Source: a virus (lineage: Duplodnaviria > Caudoviricetes). From it: a DNA stretch of 64,000 nucleotides. Shown piece by piece: positions 9,221-19,374 of the stretch. A program made the translations under genes and the position numbers. Position 1 is the first letter of the stretch. Every line of letters starts with the position of its first letter. The stretch lies in IMG/VR virus record IMGVR_UViG_3300048881_000780. One strand, written 5' to 3'. The notes under the pieces were generated by a model that searched no databases, was not told where the DNA came from, and worked only from the letters and a program-made list of their open reading frames with translations.

Positions 9221-11146
9221 TTATATTCTCTTGTCAAAGTTTAATAAGTAATTGATTCCACTATTTAAATCTTGAATATAAAGTCTCTTTTGACCTGGGT
9301 TCCAATAGATATTCCCTAACTCCTTCAAATCAGGTAAAATGACTTCTCCCCCTGAACTTCTCTCCCCATTTGGGTTTTGAACTCTAGAATCATAGAAAAC
9401 TAAATCATAACTTAACTGATTCCCAACGATCTGATCCCAAATTAGAATGTCTCCACTGTGAGATTCTGCTGCGATGATCTTGTCATCCATTTGAGTAATT
9501 CGAATATTCTTAAAACTAATGCCATTATCCTTATAGGAATCTCCAATAAGTGACGGAGAATCCTCGCTAACTTGTCCAAGAGATAGTGAACTTTGACATC
9601 TCGGTTCCGTATAGAAGTTACTCAATGTTCCAAGACCAGGGTTTGAAATAAAACAAGCTGGAAACGATCCTGATATAGGAATGGTTTCCCACATTTGAAT
9701 TCGATGCTCAAGTAGAGATACTTTATCAGCTATCGGCTGGGAGAATTCTTCATTACAAAGTGCAAAGAATCTTCCACTATTTAAAAAACCAATTTGAGTT
9801 GGAGAGCTACAAATTTTGGATAACATCCCACTTGGAGAAAAAGAGTTTGTTGCAATATCGTAATTCATTTTTGCAGGATCGATATCGTCAAGAGAAAGTC
9901 TATCTTGTAACGAATAGTTTTCAAATGCGCTTGCTTGACCTAGAACATTATCAAATCTACATTTAGATGTTCCCCATGTGGTAAAAAGACATTCAAACTT
10001 TGCCCCTTGAGAAACAAAAACATTCTTTGCTATAACAATTCGGTTATTACACTTTTCAGAGATATATAAATCATTATCTCTGGCCGCTAGTCCAGTAGCG
10101 CAAAATAGTGCGCGATCTCCATGCGTATCAATTGAGTAAGTACTATTATCTGAAAAATCTGCCTTACCAATAACTCGATCTTGTTCACATTCATAATCGG
10201 TTAGTCTTCCGGTCTCATTAGATAGATGCCTACATCCATACCGAGGTAAGGAATCATAGATTCTTACTCCATCATCAGTGGCAACAACGAGTGATCCATT
10301 ATGCACTAGGATATCTCTAGGTGATGTTAAACACTCTCTTTCATTTAGGGTGTTTTCAGGGTCCTGGCATGAATACGAAGAACTTAGCGATGCTTGTCCC
10401 AATACAGCAACAGGTGACAGTGGAAAGTTTCTAACTGAATCTAAGCAAAACTCACGCAGATCACCTTCAAACTGAAAACAAGATAATGCCTGCGAATTTT
10501 CAAGTATTATAATTCGATTTCTAAAAGTATCAGCATAATAGGCCCTAAAACCATCGTCAGTAAAGGCCATTGCAGAGTTCTGATCACTTAGAATTGAATC
10601 TGTATATCTAGTATTAACAAAGATCGTATCATTTTGTTCTTTAGCAAAGTCTTGATATTTAATATGAGTCCAAAAGTCCATCGTTCTTGGAATCTCGCTC
10701 ACTAGCTCGTAACTATCTACATTCACTGTTGATGTTACTTTATCTGACCATTTTTCATTTAATTCAATATACCCATAGTATGTATAAACACTACCTCTAG
10801 GAAGTATTTTTAAATCACTAAATGACGTATCAGAACCTTCACCTATCTTACTTAAGTAAGCAGACGAATAAGGTTCCGCCGGATCTGGCAACTGGTAATC
10901 AACTCCGTCACCACTCACTCTGTAAATATGAACTTTATAATCCTGCCCCTTATAAAGAGCTGGGATTCGATAGGTAATATCAACCCCACCAATATCGTTT
11001 AAAGACGCATTAAAATCTATTAAATTGAATAAGTAGCCTCCAGGTCGATCACTTGGAGCATCGGGATCAAAGATATTCACGTCCTCTTTCTTTGATTGAG
11101 AACAAGAAATTAATAACATGGAGAGTATGATAATTAAGTACTTCAT
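9221..11146 (-). CDS. large lipoprotein with NHL-like/beta-propeller repeats
   Basis: lipobox LISC; repeated VLGQ/VIGK and YADTFRNRI, YISEKCNNRI motifs. Confidence 0.7.
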   Translation of the reverse strand: MKYLIIILSMLLISCSQSKKEDVNIFDPDAPSDRPGGYLFNLIDFNASLNDIGGVDITYRIPALYKGQDYKVHIYRVSGDGVDYQLPDPAEPYSSAYLSKIGEGSDTSFSDLKILPRGSVYTYYGYIELNEKWSDKVTSTVNVDSYELVSEIPRTMDFWTHIKYQDFAKEQNDTIFVNTRYTDSILSDQNSAMAFTDDGFRAYYADTFRNRIIILENSQALSCFQFEGDLREFCLDSVRNFPLSPVAVLGQASLSSSYSCQDPENTLNERECLTSPRDILVHNGSLVVATDDGVRIYDSLPRYGCRHLSNETGRLTDYECEQDRVIGKADFSDNSTYSIDTHGDRALFCATGLAARDNDLYISEKCNNRIVIAKNVFVSQGAKFECLFTTWGTSKCRFDNVLGQASAFENYSLQDRLSLDDIDPAKMNYDIATNSFSPSGMLSKICSSPTQIGFLNSGRFFALCNEEFSQPIADKVSLLEHRIQMWETIPISGSFPACFISNPGLGTLSNFYTEPRCQSSLSLGQVSEDSPSLIGDSYKDNGISFKNIRITQMDDKIIAAESHSGDILIWDQIVGNQLSYDLVFYDSRVQNPNGERSSGGEVILPDLKELGNIYWNPGQKRLYIQDLNSGINYLLNFDKRI

Positions 11147-11179
11147 AACTCTATTTTAAATTATTTGAAGTACTCTAAA

Positions 11180-11512
11180 TTAATACCTATGAGAGAGCTT
11201 TAATTGGATGGCCATATCTTCATGAACCTCTCTAAGTATAAGAAAATTAACTTTAGTATTCTTTTTTAGCTCACTTAAAATGTCTGAGCAAATATCCAAT
11301 TTATCACACTTAAGCTCTCTACCATTCTTTGTTACAATATGGACAAAATCACTATCAATCATGTGAACAAATCCATTACAAATTAAATCTTCATCATTTT
11401 TATCAAAACTTTTATAAATGGAGTAAGCCGAAGAATCATACTTTAATGAGTTTTCCTCTCTTATTAAAAATACACAATCGGTCTTCCAGTCTCTTACTTT
11501 ATAATAATTCAT
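11180..11512 (-). CDS. hypothetical protein
   Basis: AAGGGAG RBS; 110 aa. Confidence 0.55.
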   Translation of the reverse strand: MNYYKVRDWKTDCVFLIREENSLKYDSSAYSIYKSFDKNDEDLICNGFVHMIDSDFVHIVTKNGRELKCDKLDICSDILSELKKNTKVNFLILREVHEDMAIQLKLSHRY

Positions 11513-11535
11513 GCGTGGACTCCCTTACATTCTAT

Positions 11536-11931
11536 CTAAGATGCTCTTTCAATTTCAAAACCTGTAGACTCTTCAATGGCCTCTGCCACCCTGTTATAAT
11601 CTTCACGATCTTCTTTATTGATCATTGCTATCTTTAAACTGTGTATAAAATCTAAACTAGGATCGATAGACTCCCCTTGTTTATTAGTTTTGCAAATCAC
11701 TGCTTTCCCAACTAGAGGATTTTGATAATGCTCCTTAATCATAAAGAATCCAACTTGCAAATCTCTATTTAACAAACCTTCGTCTGCAACATATAAAGTA
11801 TGATCTTCATCAAGTCTTATAGCTGTAATCATTCCACCAATAAAACCTCTAATAAACTTATAAGAATCGTCATTTTCAACATTCATCATTTTCAGTGTTT
11901 TAGTCTCTGGATTTATAGTAAAGAACATCAT
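11536..11931 (-). CDS. DUF3846-like phage/plasmid protein
   Basis: FIGGMI..LYVADEGLL..LVGKAVI pattern. Confidence 0.6.
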   Translation of the reverse strand: MMFFTINPETKTLKMMNVENDDSYKFIRGFIGGMITAIRLDEDHTLYVADEGLLNRDLQVGFFMIKEHYQNPLVGKAVICKTNKQGESIDPSLDFIHSLKIAMINKEDREDYNRVAEAIEESTGFEIERAS

Positions 11932-12040
11932 TTTTAACTCCTATTTATTAACCTAATACACTTATCGTAATATCATTAGGCAATATTAATACTTGACAAG
12001 ACTAACGCAACACGTTAACATATATAAAAAAGGAGTTTCT

Positions 12041-12223
12041 ATGGACTACTATCTAATGATCTATATGGTTTTCTTTATTATTACCTTTTCTCTTTGTTGG
12101 AAATATCTAGAAAGTAAATCTCATAAAAACTCAAAAAAGGACAATCTTAACAAAATTGAAGATTTAAAAATTGAATTTGACCTAATGTTAAATGGTAAAT
12201 TATCAAGGAAGTTCTTTGAATAA
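12041..12223 (+). CDS. small membrane protein
   Basis: AAGGAG RBS, ATG 12041, single TM. Confidence 0.55.
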   Translation: MDYYLMIYMVFFIITFSLCWKYLESKSHKNSKKDNLNKIEDLKIEFDLMLNGKLSRKFFE

Positions 12224-12527
12224 GTTAGATCGATTAAAAAGACAAATTTCCAACCGTCTTAAACTAAATACTACTATTAATACAAGAGATACTAAGAAGA
12301 AGTATAATCATGCTTTCTCTATAGCTTTTTCTGTCAATACAGACAATGAAGGAAAAAGTGTTACAGAGGAAGAACTTCTCTGTGCGCTAGTCGGTAGAAT
12401 TAAGGATATCTCCGAGGGAAAGGACTGTGAAATGATTGAGGCATGTGGCCTTCCTCATGATACTTACTTAAATGATGAAAATGAGTCCTCCAAGTCGGAG
12501 AACCCTTGGTTAGCATCTCTTAAGTAA
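12216..12527 (+). CDS. hypothetical protein ending in NPWLASLK tag
   Basis: likely TTG start after AAGGAAG; C-terminal motif shared with BspA paralogs. Confidence 0.6.
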   Translation: MNKLDRLKRQISNRLKLNTTINTRDTKKKYNHAFSIAFSVNTDNEGKSVTEEELLCALVGRIKDISEGKDCEMIEACGLPHDTYLNDENESSKSENPWLASLK

Positions 12528-14670
12528 CTGAACACCTCTTCATTTTTTTAACGGCCTTAGCTTTAATTATTTTTTGAATAACTTTTCTTATGCCACGGCC
12601 ACCCATTTCAGAAATCTCTAAATCTGATATTTTCTCTAATTCCTTTTCAATGGTTAATTTTACAGTGATTCCTTTTTTCTTTAATTCACTTTTTAACATT
12701 TCATATTCATAGTTAGCTATTTTTAAAGCTATCTCTCTGTCCATAGAGTTAAAAGAAATAACCTCATCTAATCTATTTAAAAATTCTGGAGCAAAGCTTA
12801 ATGACAGCTCTTTCTCAACAGCTCCTTTATTAGAATATGATCCCCCAAGGGAGATATTCTTCTTTCTCTCAACAACGGCACCTACATTTGAAGTAAATAT
12901 AATTATTGAGTTGTTAAAATCAACTTTCATTCCTCTTGAATCTGTCAATTGCCCGTAATCCATGACTTGTAAAAGCGTCTGATGAATCTTTGGGTGTGCT
13001 TTTTCAATTTCGTCAAAAACAATAATAGATTGAGGATACTTCTTAATTTCTTCAGTAAGTCGACCACCCTCTTCGTACCCAACATAACCTGGTTCTGAAC
13101 CAATTAATTTAGAGAGACTTTCACTCTTACTATATTCAGACATATCAAATCTTGAAACTTTGTATCCAAGGTATTTTGCAATCTGAAGACAGAGTTCTGT
13201 CTTACCAACTCCAGTTGGGCCTCTAAAAAATAATTTAGCAAGTGGCCCTTTATTTCTTATTCCTAAGAATGATTCTTGTAACTTTTCGATAGTATGATCA
13301 ATAGCGTGATCTTGACCAAAAATTACGCTCTTAACTTGATTTCTAACACTCTCTAGAACGATAATTTCAGAGTCTCTACTTATCTTTCGACCTAACTGAA
13401 TCTCTAAATTCTCGTGAATATCATCAATGCTAGCTACCTTCTTAGATTTTATTTTCAATAAAACCCCTAGAGTATCGACAAAGTCTACCATTTTATCAGG
13501 AAAGTTCCTCTCCCTTTGGTGTTTATCTAAAAGATCATAAATTTGTTCATGTAACTTAGCTGGTAGCTCGAATTGGTGAAACTCTTCGTAGAGAGGTACT
13601 CTTTGTTCAGTAAGGAGTAGTACTTCTTTTTTATCCATAAGAGGAATATTTACTTTTGTAACTCTTCTTTTGATTGGGGATGATTTTTCAAAGAATTGAT
13701 TATATTCTTTAAAAGTAGTTGCTCCCAAGAACTTAAGCTTAGGATTTTCTAAGTATGGCTTTAAAATCGATGCTAAGTCATTGCTCTCAGAAGATCCACC
13801 AAGGCCAAAGATTGAATGCATCTCATCGATAAAGACAATCACTTTATTTCCCATCTTTAATAGATAGAATATCTCATCCATACAACCTTTAAATCTCTTT
13901 TCAAACTCTCCTCTATGAATTGATCCGGCCAACATTGAATGAATGTCTAGAGAAATCACCATGGAGTCGAATAGAGACTCATGAGAAGTTTTATTTATAA
14001 TTCTTTCAGTAAGAGAGTAAACTAAACTAGTTTTGCCACAACCGGACTCACCCACAAGTAGTGGATTGGCCTTTTCTTTTTTTAGTAAAACCTTTTCAAT
14101 ATTATCTATTACATCTACCCTCTCGTACATATTAGAGCGAATACCATTACTGATCTCTTTATTGATAACCGAAGAATAGTGATACAGATTTTCGCACTCA
14201 CTAAGGTGATCCTTTTTTAAAGGAGTTATTTCATTTTCTTTCGTTGCTATACTACTTAGTATTTTATTTACTTCTTCTTTAGAAAAAACATTGAATTCGT
14301 TATTATCTACAATATTTTCAAACAACACCATAACACTAGTTTCATCATAACTTAGAGATAGTGCGTCCTTTCGGGCCTTACAGAAAACTTCTTCTAAAGT
14401 AACATCTACCTTAACTCCAACGGCCTGACTCTTTAAGCGATCTGGAAAGAGTGATAAATCATATAGGTTCTTATATATACCTTCATAAATGTGAGACTTC
14501 GTTTTTATCTTTTTGTGAACCTTATCTAGATCAATATTATTTTCTTTTAATAAAGATATGATCTCAGGATATTCTAAGATAACCTGATAAATGTGAAATA
14601 TATTCACTCTTTTAATTGGTTGATTCTTAACTTTATCAATACTCTTTTCTATAACTTTATCTAAATTCAT
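12520..14670 (-). CDS. clpA: ClpA-like double AAA+ ATPase
   Basis: Walker A GESGCGKT and GPTGVGKT, Walker B VFIDE and VFDEIEKAH, GYVG pore loop, no M domain. Confidence 0.85.
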   Translation of the reverse strand: MNLDKVIEKSIDKVKNQPIKRVNIFHIYQVILEYPEIISLLKENNIDLDKVHKKIKTKSHIYEGIYKNLYDLSLFPDRLKSQAVGVKVDVTLEEVFCKARKDALSLSYDETSVMVLFENIVDNNEFNVFSKEEVNKILSSIATKENEITPLKKDHLSECENLYHYSSVINKEISNGIRSNMYERVDVIDNIEKVLLKKEKANPLLVGESGCGKTSLVYSLTERIINKTSHESLFDSMVISLDIHSMLAGSIHRGEFEKRFKGCMDEIFYLLKMGNKVIVFIDEMHSIFGLGGSSESNDLASILKPYLENPKLKFLGATTFKEYNQFFEKSSPIKRRVTKVNIPLMDKKEVLLLTEQRVPLYEEFHQFELPAKLHEQIYDLLDKHQRERNFPDKMVDFVDTLGVLLKIKSKKVASIDDIHENLEIQLGRKISRDSEIIVLESVRNQVKSVIFGQDHAIDHTIEKLQESFLGIRNKGPLAKLFFRGPTGVGKTELCLQIAKYLGYKVSRFDMSEYSKSESLSKLIGSEPGYVGYEEGGRLTEEIKKYPQSIIVFDEIEKAHPKIHQTLLQVMDYGQLTDSRGMKVDFNNSIIIFTSNVGAVVERKKNISLGGSYSNKGAVEKELSLSFAPEFLNRLDEVISFNSMDREIALKIANYEYEMLKSELKKKGITVKLTIEKELEKISDLEISEMGGRGIRKVIQKIIKAKAVKKMKRCSVT

Positions 14671-14883
14671 ATTAAATCCTTTTATCCATTTTATTTTTTA
14701 AGTAAGTGAAAAATAAAAAAATCTTTAGTTAAATAAAGTTAAAATAGATAAGAGTCCGTTTAAAAACGGATAATATTCGAGCTAAATAAATATCACTTAA
14801 TTACAATAATTAGTTGGCCCTTATGTGCGCAAAGCATCAAGTGAAAGACTAGACATAAGCAATCAAAATGCTACTATTTAAGG

Positions 14884-15534
14884 GTGTCAAATAATCGCTA
14901 CGAATTCATTATTCCAATCATAGAAGCACTCCTATTTGAGAAGGGAAAAATTCACTACAATGACATAATCAAGGCCATGAATCTTGAGATGACTCCCGAG
15001 ATGAAGGGTAATTTAACGCATATCATAGCTACCGATATTATTCCAAAAATGGTTAACTCATATCAATCACCGACTCATGGGATTGAAATACTGCACTTAG
15101 TTGAATTTCAAACACTAGAATTTGTAAGTAAGTCTAGATACTCTAGATTCTTAAGTCTAGATAAGACTACAATTGAGATGACTGATCGAACCAGAACAGT
15201 GTTGGCCTGCATTATCTTCAAAGGTCCAATTACAATGGGAGAGTTAACTAAGTATGTTGGTGAATGCTCTCACTTTGTTAGAATTCTCTGTCAGTTAAAT
15301 TATGTGAACTTTAAGTTAAATGGTAAGTGTAATTATATTTATTCCATTTCATCTAAATGTTTAGAGCTATTTAATGCTAATAGTACTAAACATCTAAAGG
15401 AAATGTTACTTGGGTTATCAAATGAAGTACCCTCTGATTATACTAGTAAAGACAGAGAAATCAAAAGCTTAAGTCGTATCAGCTCTAAGCTTAGAGACAA
15501 AAGAAGCAATATAAACATTAACACTATACGTTAA
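14884..15534 (+). CDS. scpB: ScpB-like winged-helix protein
   Basis: IIEALLF and VLACIIFKGPITMGEL match the two ScpB wHTH signatures. Confidence 0.6.
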   Translation: MSNNRYEFIIPIIEALLFEKGKIHYNDIIKAMNLEMTPEMKGNLTHIIATDIIPKMVNSYQSPTHGIEILHLVEFQTLEFVSKSRYSRFLSLDKTTIEMTDRTRTVLACIIFKGPITMGELTKYVGECSHFVRILCQLNYVNFKLNGKCNYIYSISSKCLELFNANSTKHLKEMLLGLSNEVPSDYTSKDREIKSLSRISSKLRDKRSNININTIR

Positions 15535-15766
15535 TATATACATATGATCTCATTATATGGGTATAAAAATACAGAAAAACCCTTTAAATTCAATTAGATA
15601 ATAAAACGGCCTTCGAGAATCCCTTGTGAGCCACTTTCCCCTCTACTCGAATCGATACTCCAATATTTAGTTTAAGAGGCCCATTTCCCCTTATCTGGCC
15701 TCGAGCATGTTCATTTATAACACCTCGTGTTATAATATATTACACAACACTAGGAGTTGCATAGAT

Positions 15767-16000
15767 ATGAAAACATTTTTAGGATTTTGCGGAGCAACCT
15801 TTTTGGTTTCTTTTGGTTTTGTATTATATACGTCGTTTACAATCGTACAAACCTCAGATTTAGAGAATGGGGTTATAAAAATTGATGATTATAAGAGCTA
15901 TGAGTGTAAACTCACTGCAAGTAGTGAAAGAAAGATAAAATTAAAAGAGGATCTTGATAGATTAATAAAAAAAGATAAACTTAAAAAAAGTAGGCTTTAA
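15767..16000 (+). CDS. small membrane-anchored protein
   Basis: TAGGAG RBS, N-terminal TM. Confidence 0.55.
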   Translation: MKTFLGFCGATFLVSFGFVLYTSFTIVQTSDLENGVIKIDDYKSYECKLTASSERKIKLKEDLDRLIKKDKLKKSRL

Positions 16001-16251
16001 GAGGCACTACTTATTAAGTTATTAGTTTTATTGATGATTCTTAGTTCTCCATCCTTACTCTCAGTAAAAATAGTCCCATCTCTTTTCGCGAAAACGAGTA
16101 CCGTTTCATCTTCTTTATTTCTTTTTAAATGAAAGGCAGGCCATTTTTCTAGAGGCATATCTACTTCAAAAATATTTGAGACATGGTAGATGCTATAGTC
16201 TCTAATACATGTTTCTCTAAATTCCGTAATGTAATCAAGTCTTGATTTCAT
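15997..16251 (-). CDS. hypothetical protein
   Basis: AAGGAAGG RBS, 84 aa. Confidence 0.55.
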   Translation of the reverse strand: MKSRLDYITEFRETCIRDYSIYHVSNIFEVDMPLEKWPAFHLKRNKEDETVLVFAKRDGTIFTESKDGELRIINKTNNLISSAS

Positions 16252-16378
16252 AATTCCTTCCTTGTGTAATTATTTTTAACAGTCCGTGTTAAATTAAATG
16301 ATACTAAAACACTCGGGCATAGCGTGAGGGGTTTCTTTATTTAAGTTTGATTTTACAACTTTTTCAGATACTTGAGAG

Positions 16379-16954
16379 TTATCTCTTCATTGCAAACTTA
16401 GGATGTTTCTTTAGAAATTTAGATTTTTTATAACTAAGAGAGAAGTGTTTTCTTAAAATTCTTCTTTTTGAGAGAAATCTATTTGGATAAAATATGGCCT
16501 TACTGATCACTTGATTCTTTTTCTTGAGCCTTCTATAGGCGGTTGGCCCCTGGTTGTACATCATTAAAGATTCAAGTAGATCGTTTGTGTAATTTTTTTG
16601 TAAGTACTTTAAGTAATAGGTTCCCAAAATGATATTTAGTCTTGGTTTTTTCCAAGGGCACATTTTCTTTCCAAGATTCTTTTCACATAATTCCACAGCT
16701 GTTCTTGGCATAATTTGAGTTAAACCATAGGCCCCAACATTAGATTTAGCATTCTTCTTAAAACCTGACTCAATCCAAATTAAGCTCGCTATATCATATG
16801 GATCTAATTTAAACTTGATGGCCGCTTCAAAGATATACTTTTCATATAAGAATAGGCCTTCAACAACACTGGAAGGTAATTCTTTCTGTAGTTCGTTATT
16901 GGCAAAAGAACTTTTCAAATTAATCAATAATAGTAATGCTATAAGTATTTTCAT
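16379..16954 (-). CDS. lytic transglycosylase (SLT family)
   Basis: signal peptide; IES catalytic Glu, GAYGLTQIMP, YNQG motifs. Confidence 0.9.
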   Translation of the reverse strand: MKILIALLLLINLKSSFANNELQKELPSSVVEGLFLYEKYIFEAAIKFKLDPYDIASLIWIESGFKKNAKSNVGAYGLTQIMPRTAVELCEKNLGKKMCPWKKPRLNIILGTYYLKYLQKNYTNDLLESLMMYNQGPTAYRRLKKKNQVISKAIFYPNRFLSKRRILRKHFSLSYKKSKFLKKHPKFAMKR

Positions 16955-17357
16955 GGTTATATTTTAATAATTAAAAAGTGGTTTCAATATTTCCAAAATT
17001 AATTTTAAAGTGCCTAATTATATCTTCTCTAGTTAATTTAGACTCTGCTCTTCTTTTCTTGTTTTTTCGTCTTGCTCTATTTTTAAATTTCTCTTTATTT
17101 TCTTTTCTACAGAGAGACTCTTTTTCGTTAAATTCTTTTCTCTGCTTTTTACTTTTAAACTTTTTACAATGATTCAAAGTAACCTCCATTGATAATATTA
17201 TAAATAAATATAACATCTAGTGTCAAGACGTAACAAACAGAACCACGTAATTCCAGAAGCTTATCCACTTTTAAACTTTTTTCTATTTTATATTTTGACA
17301 AAGTACGACAATATTTATAACCTAAAACTAACACACTGCAACACACAGTAGGAATTT

Positions 17358-18086
17358 ATGAAATTAATAGTTTTAATAACGCTTCTTGGAACAATTGTTT
17401 CATGTGGGCAACAAGTAAAGGTAAATAAAAGATTTAGTCTTCCAAAGACCGACGAAGTGTTTTCGACATATCTAGAAACCTATTCGGATAATTACGCTCA
17501 GACCTATGGTCAAGCTCCAAGCTTACATAATATCCATATCGTATTTGCAGAGTTCTCAAAAGAGGACTCTCAGTATGCAGGAATCTGTTACACCATCGAA
17601 AATCAGGTTGCCCGGCTCATTGAGATAAACCCAGAACATTGGGCAAAGTACTCAGAGGCCAAGAGGGAAAGTTTAATCTTTCACGAACTAGGACATTGTC
17701 ACCTTAATTTAAAGCATGTGAATGAACATAGAACATACTTTGATCAAACTGATGACTCTCGAGTTAGTAATATCATGTACCCATACATCAACTCTAACTG
17801 GGGCATTAGTCACGAAGTCGTTGATGAAGAAAAGAGAGATTTGGCCCTGGAGATGCTATTTGATCTCGACTTAAATCCAGAAGATAGCGTCTTTATTAGC
17901 TATTTTGAATATTACAATCTTCCTGTTCCGGTAAGCAATATCGGCGTTATGAATGCATTAATGATTAATGAGGAAGATGACTGCGAAAGAGATATTGAGA
18001 ACTCATTAAATAGTTATGAGATCGAAGAAGATACATATACACACGAACATGAAACAGAAGGAGACTCTCATGGAATCGAAAGTTAA
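17358..18086 (+). CDS. lipoprotein metzincin-type zinc metalloprotease
   Basis: lipobox IVSC; HELGHCHLNLKH zinc motif and SNIMYP Met-turn. Confidence 0.8.
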   Translation: MKLIVLITLLGTIVSCGQQVKVNKRFSLPKTDEVFSTYLETYSDNYAQTYGQAPSLHNIHIVFAEFSKEDSQYAGICYTIENQVARLIEINPEHWAKYSEAKRESLIFHELGHCHLNLKHVNEHRTYFDQTDDSRVSNIMYPYINSNWGISHEVVDEEKRDLALEMLFDLDLNPEDSVFISYFEYYNLPVPVSNIGVMNALMINEEDDCERDIENSLNSYEIEEDTYTHEHETEGDSHGIES

Positions 18087-18390
18087 TAACGAAGATACAA
18101 TTATGGATTCAACTAATAAAGTCCCGGCGATGACTTCAACTAAAGAAGTTCCAACCTTGAATATTCTAAAATATGATAGTAATCGTAAACTCTACAATAG
18201 AGATCAAGCTGTCTACACGAATATCGAAAAAATTGCCAAAGCACTTATGGATAATCCTCATGTGAATCTTAAAATTGAAGATCAAGATAAGAAAGATATT
18301 TCAAAAGATGTTGTATACGCATGTTTGAAATATAAACTAGCAGATGAAAGTCTTACTACAGAAATGTTACTAGAGCTTTTTAAGGCATAA
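18070..18390 (+). CDS. PhaR-like (PHA regulator N-terminal DNA-binding domain) protein
   Basis: ILKYDSNRKLYN..YTNIEKIA..DISKDV resembles PhaR IKKYANRRLYN..YVTLEDLA..DIT. Confidence 0.65.
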   Translation: MESKVNNEDTIMDSTNKVPAMTSTKEVPTLNILKYDSNRKLYNRDQAVYTNIEKIAKALMDNPHVNLKIEDQDKKDISKDVVYACLKYKLADESLTTEMLLELFKA

Positions 18391-18391
18391 T

Positions 18392-18482
18392 AAAAAAAGG
18401 ACTCTTACGAGTCCTTTTTTACACACACATACACACACACATAAGGAGTAGGAGATTTGATCTAGAGATGATCGTTCCTACA
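18392..18482 (-). ncRNA. candidate sRNA, copy A
   Basis: TTGACG-N17-TATTAT promoter (18516..18488), 5' stem-loop, CUCCUACUCCUU, (UG)n tract, terminator with GUAA loop; paralog at 44878. Confidence 0.75.
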
Positions 18483-18577
18483 AATTCATAATATCGGCCA
18501 TAACGCAGGCCGTCAAGATATTTATTAATAAAAATTAAAAAATATTAAACCTTATAATATTTGAAATGAGAATTTAT

Positions 18578-18883
18578 ATGAAATTATTTACTTCAATATT
18601 ATTAGTAATGTTATCTATCTCCTCTTATGGAGATGATCATGTTGACATGAACTCTAAAATATTAAAGGCCTTGACTAAAACTAAGTCAGTGAAAAGAATA
18701 AAGAAACCTTTAAAAAGAAAGTTCAAAAGTATCCCAGTAGTAGGACAGGCGTACCCTACTCTTGGTCTTGCCATGATTGGAGTTACTAAGAAAGTTAAAG
18801 GAAAATTTGTTATCTTAGGTAATGATCTACGATATGAAGTAGGTCTTAAGAAAGTAAAAATCGAATATAAAATACAATTTTAA
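18578..18883 (+). CDS. secreted hypothetical protein
   Basis: signal peptide MKLFTSILLVMLSISSYG. Confidence 0.55.
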   Translation: MKLFTSILLVMLSISSYGDDHVDMNSKILKALTKTKSVKRIKKPLKRKFKSIPVVGQAYPTLGLAMIGVTKKVKGKFVILGNDLRYEVGLKKVKIEYKIQF

Positions 18884-19374
18884 GATGAAACTGGTATTTT
18901 TAGATTGTGAATGTTGAGTTCATCAAAGTTAAATAATTCAAAAGTTTTCTGAGCACATTTTAAGGCCTCATTATTTAATTTCAAGGAAATTAAGTTAGAG
19001 AATTGAGCACGGTATGGAGATAACAAGAAGTCAATCTCACCTTCAAGAGAGAGTTCGTCTCCCTTATTTAAAGATACCATTCCTTCTTTTTCTCGGTCTT
19101 TATATATGCAATAGAATCCGTCCTTTTGAGACGCTGTTTCGTGACTATAGTATGAGACTGTATACATAGTTATTTTATTAACAGCACAAAAAAGTTTTAA
19201 ATATGTTTCGGCCATAATGAATCGATCTGGACAATCTATTGATAAAACTTTGAAGACCTCATTTCCCTCTTCATCAATCGCTAAGAATAGCAACTTATCT
19301 TCGAGATCTAATTCGTGGGCCTCTCCAATTCTTAGAGAAATATTTCTATGAATTTCTTTTTTTACTGATTCCAC
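18880..19374 (-). CDS. hypothetical protein
   Basis: GAGG RBS with GTG start; 164 aa. Confidence 0.55.
   Translation of the reverse strand: MESVKKEIHRNISLRIGEAHELDLEDKLLFLAIDEEGNEVFKVLSIDCPDRFIMAETYLKLFCAVNKITMYTVSYYSHETASQKDGFYCIYKDREKEGMVSLNKGDELSLEGEIDFLLSPYRAQFSNLISLKLNNEALKCAQKTFELFNFDELNIHNLKIPVSS

Noticed and set aside
18421-18441. (CA)n tract as a phase-variable microsatellite
   Set aside because: Not in a CDS or promoter spacer; it is a conserved internal part of the duplicated sRNA.
18468-18491. Tiny ORF MIVPTNS after AGGAG on the strand opposite the sRNA
   Set aside because: Start codon and SD spacing are not conserved in copy B; promoter and GNRA loops favour the other strand.
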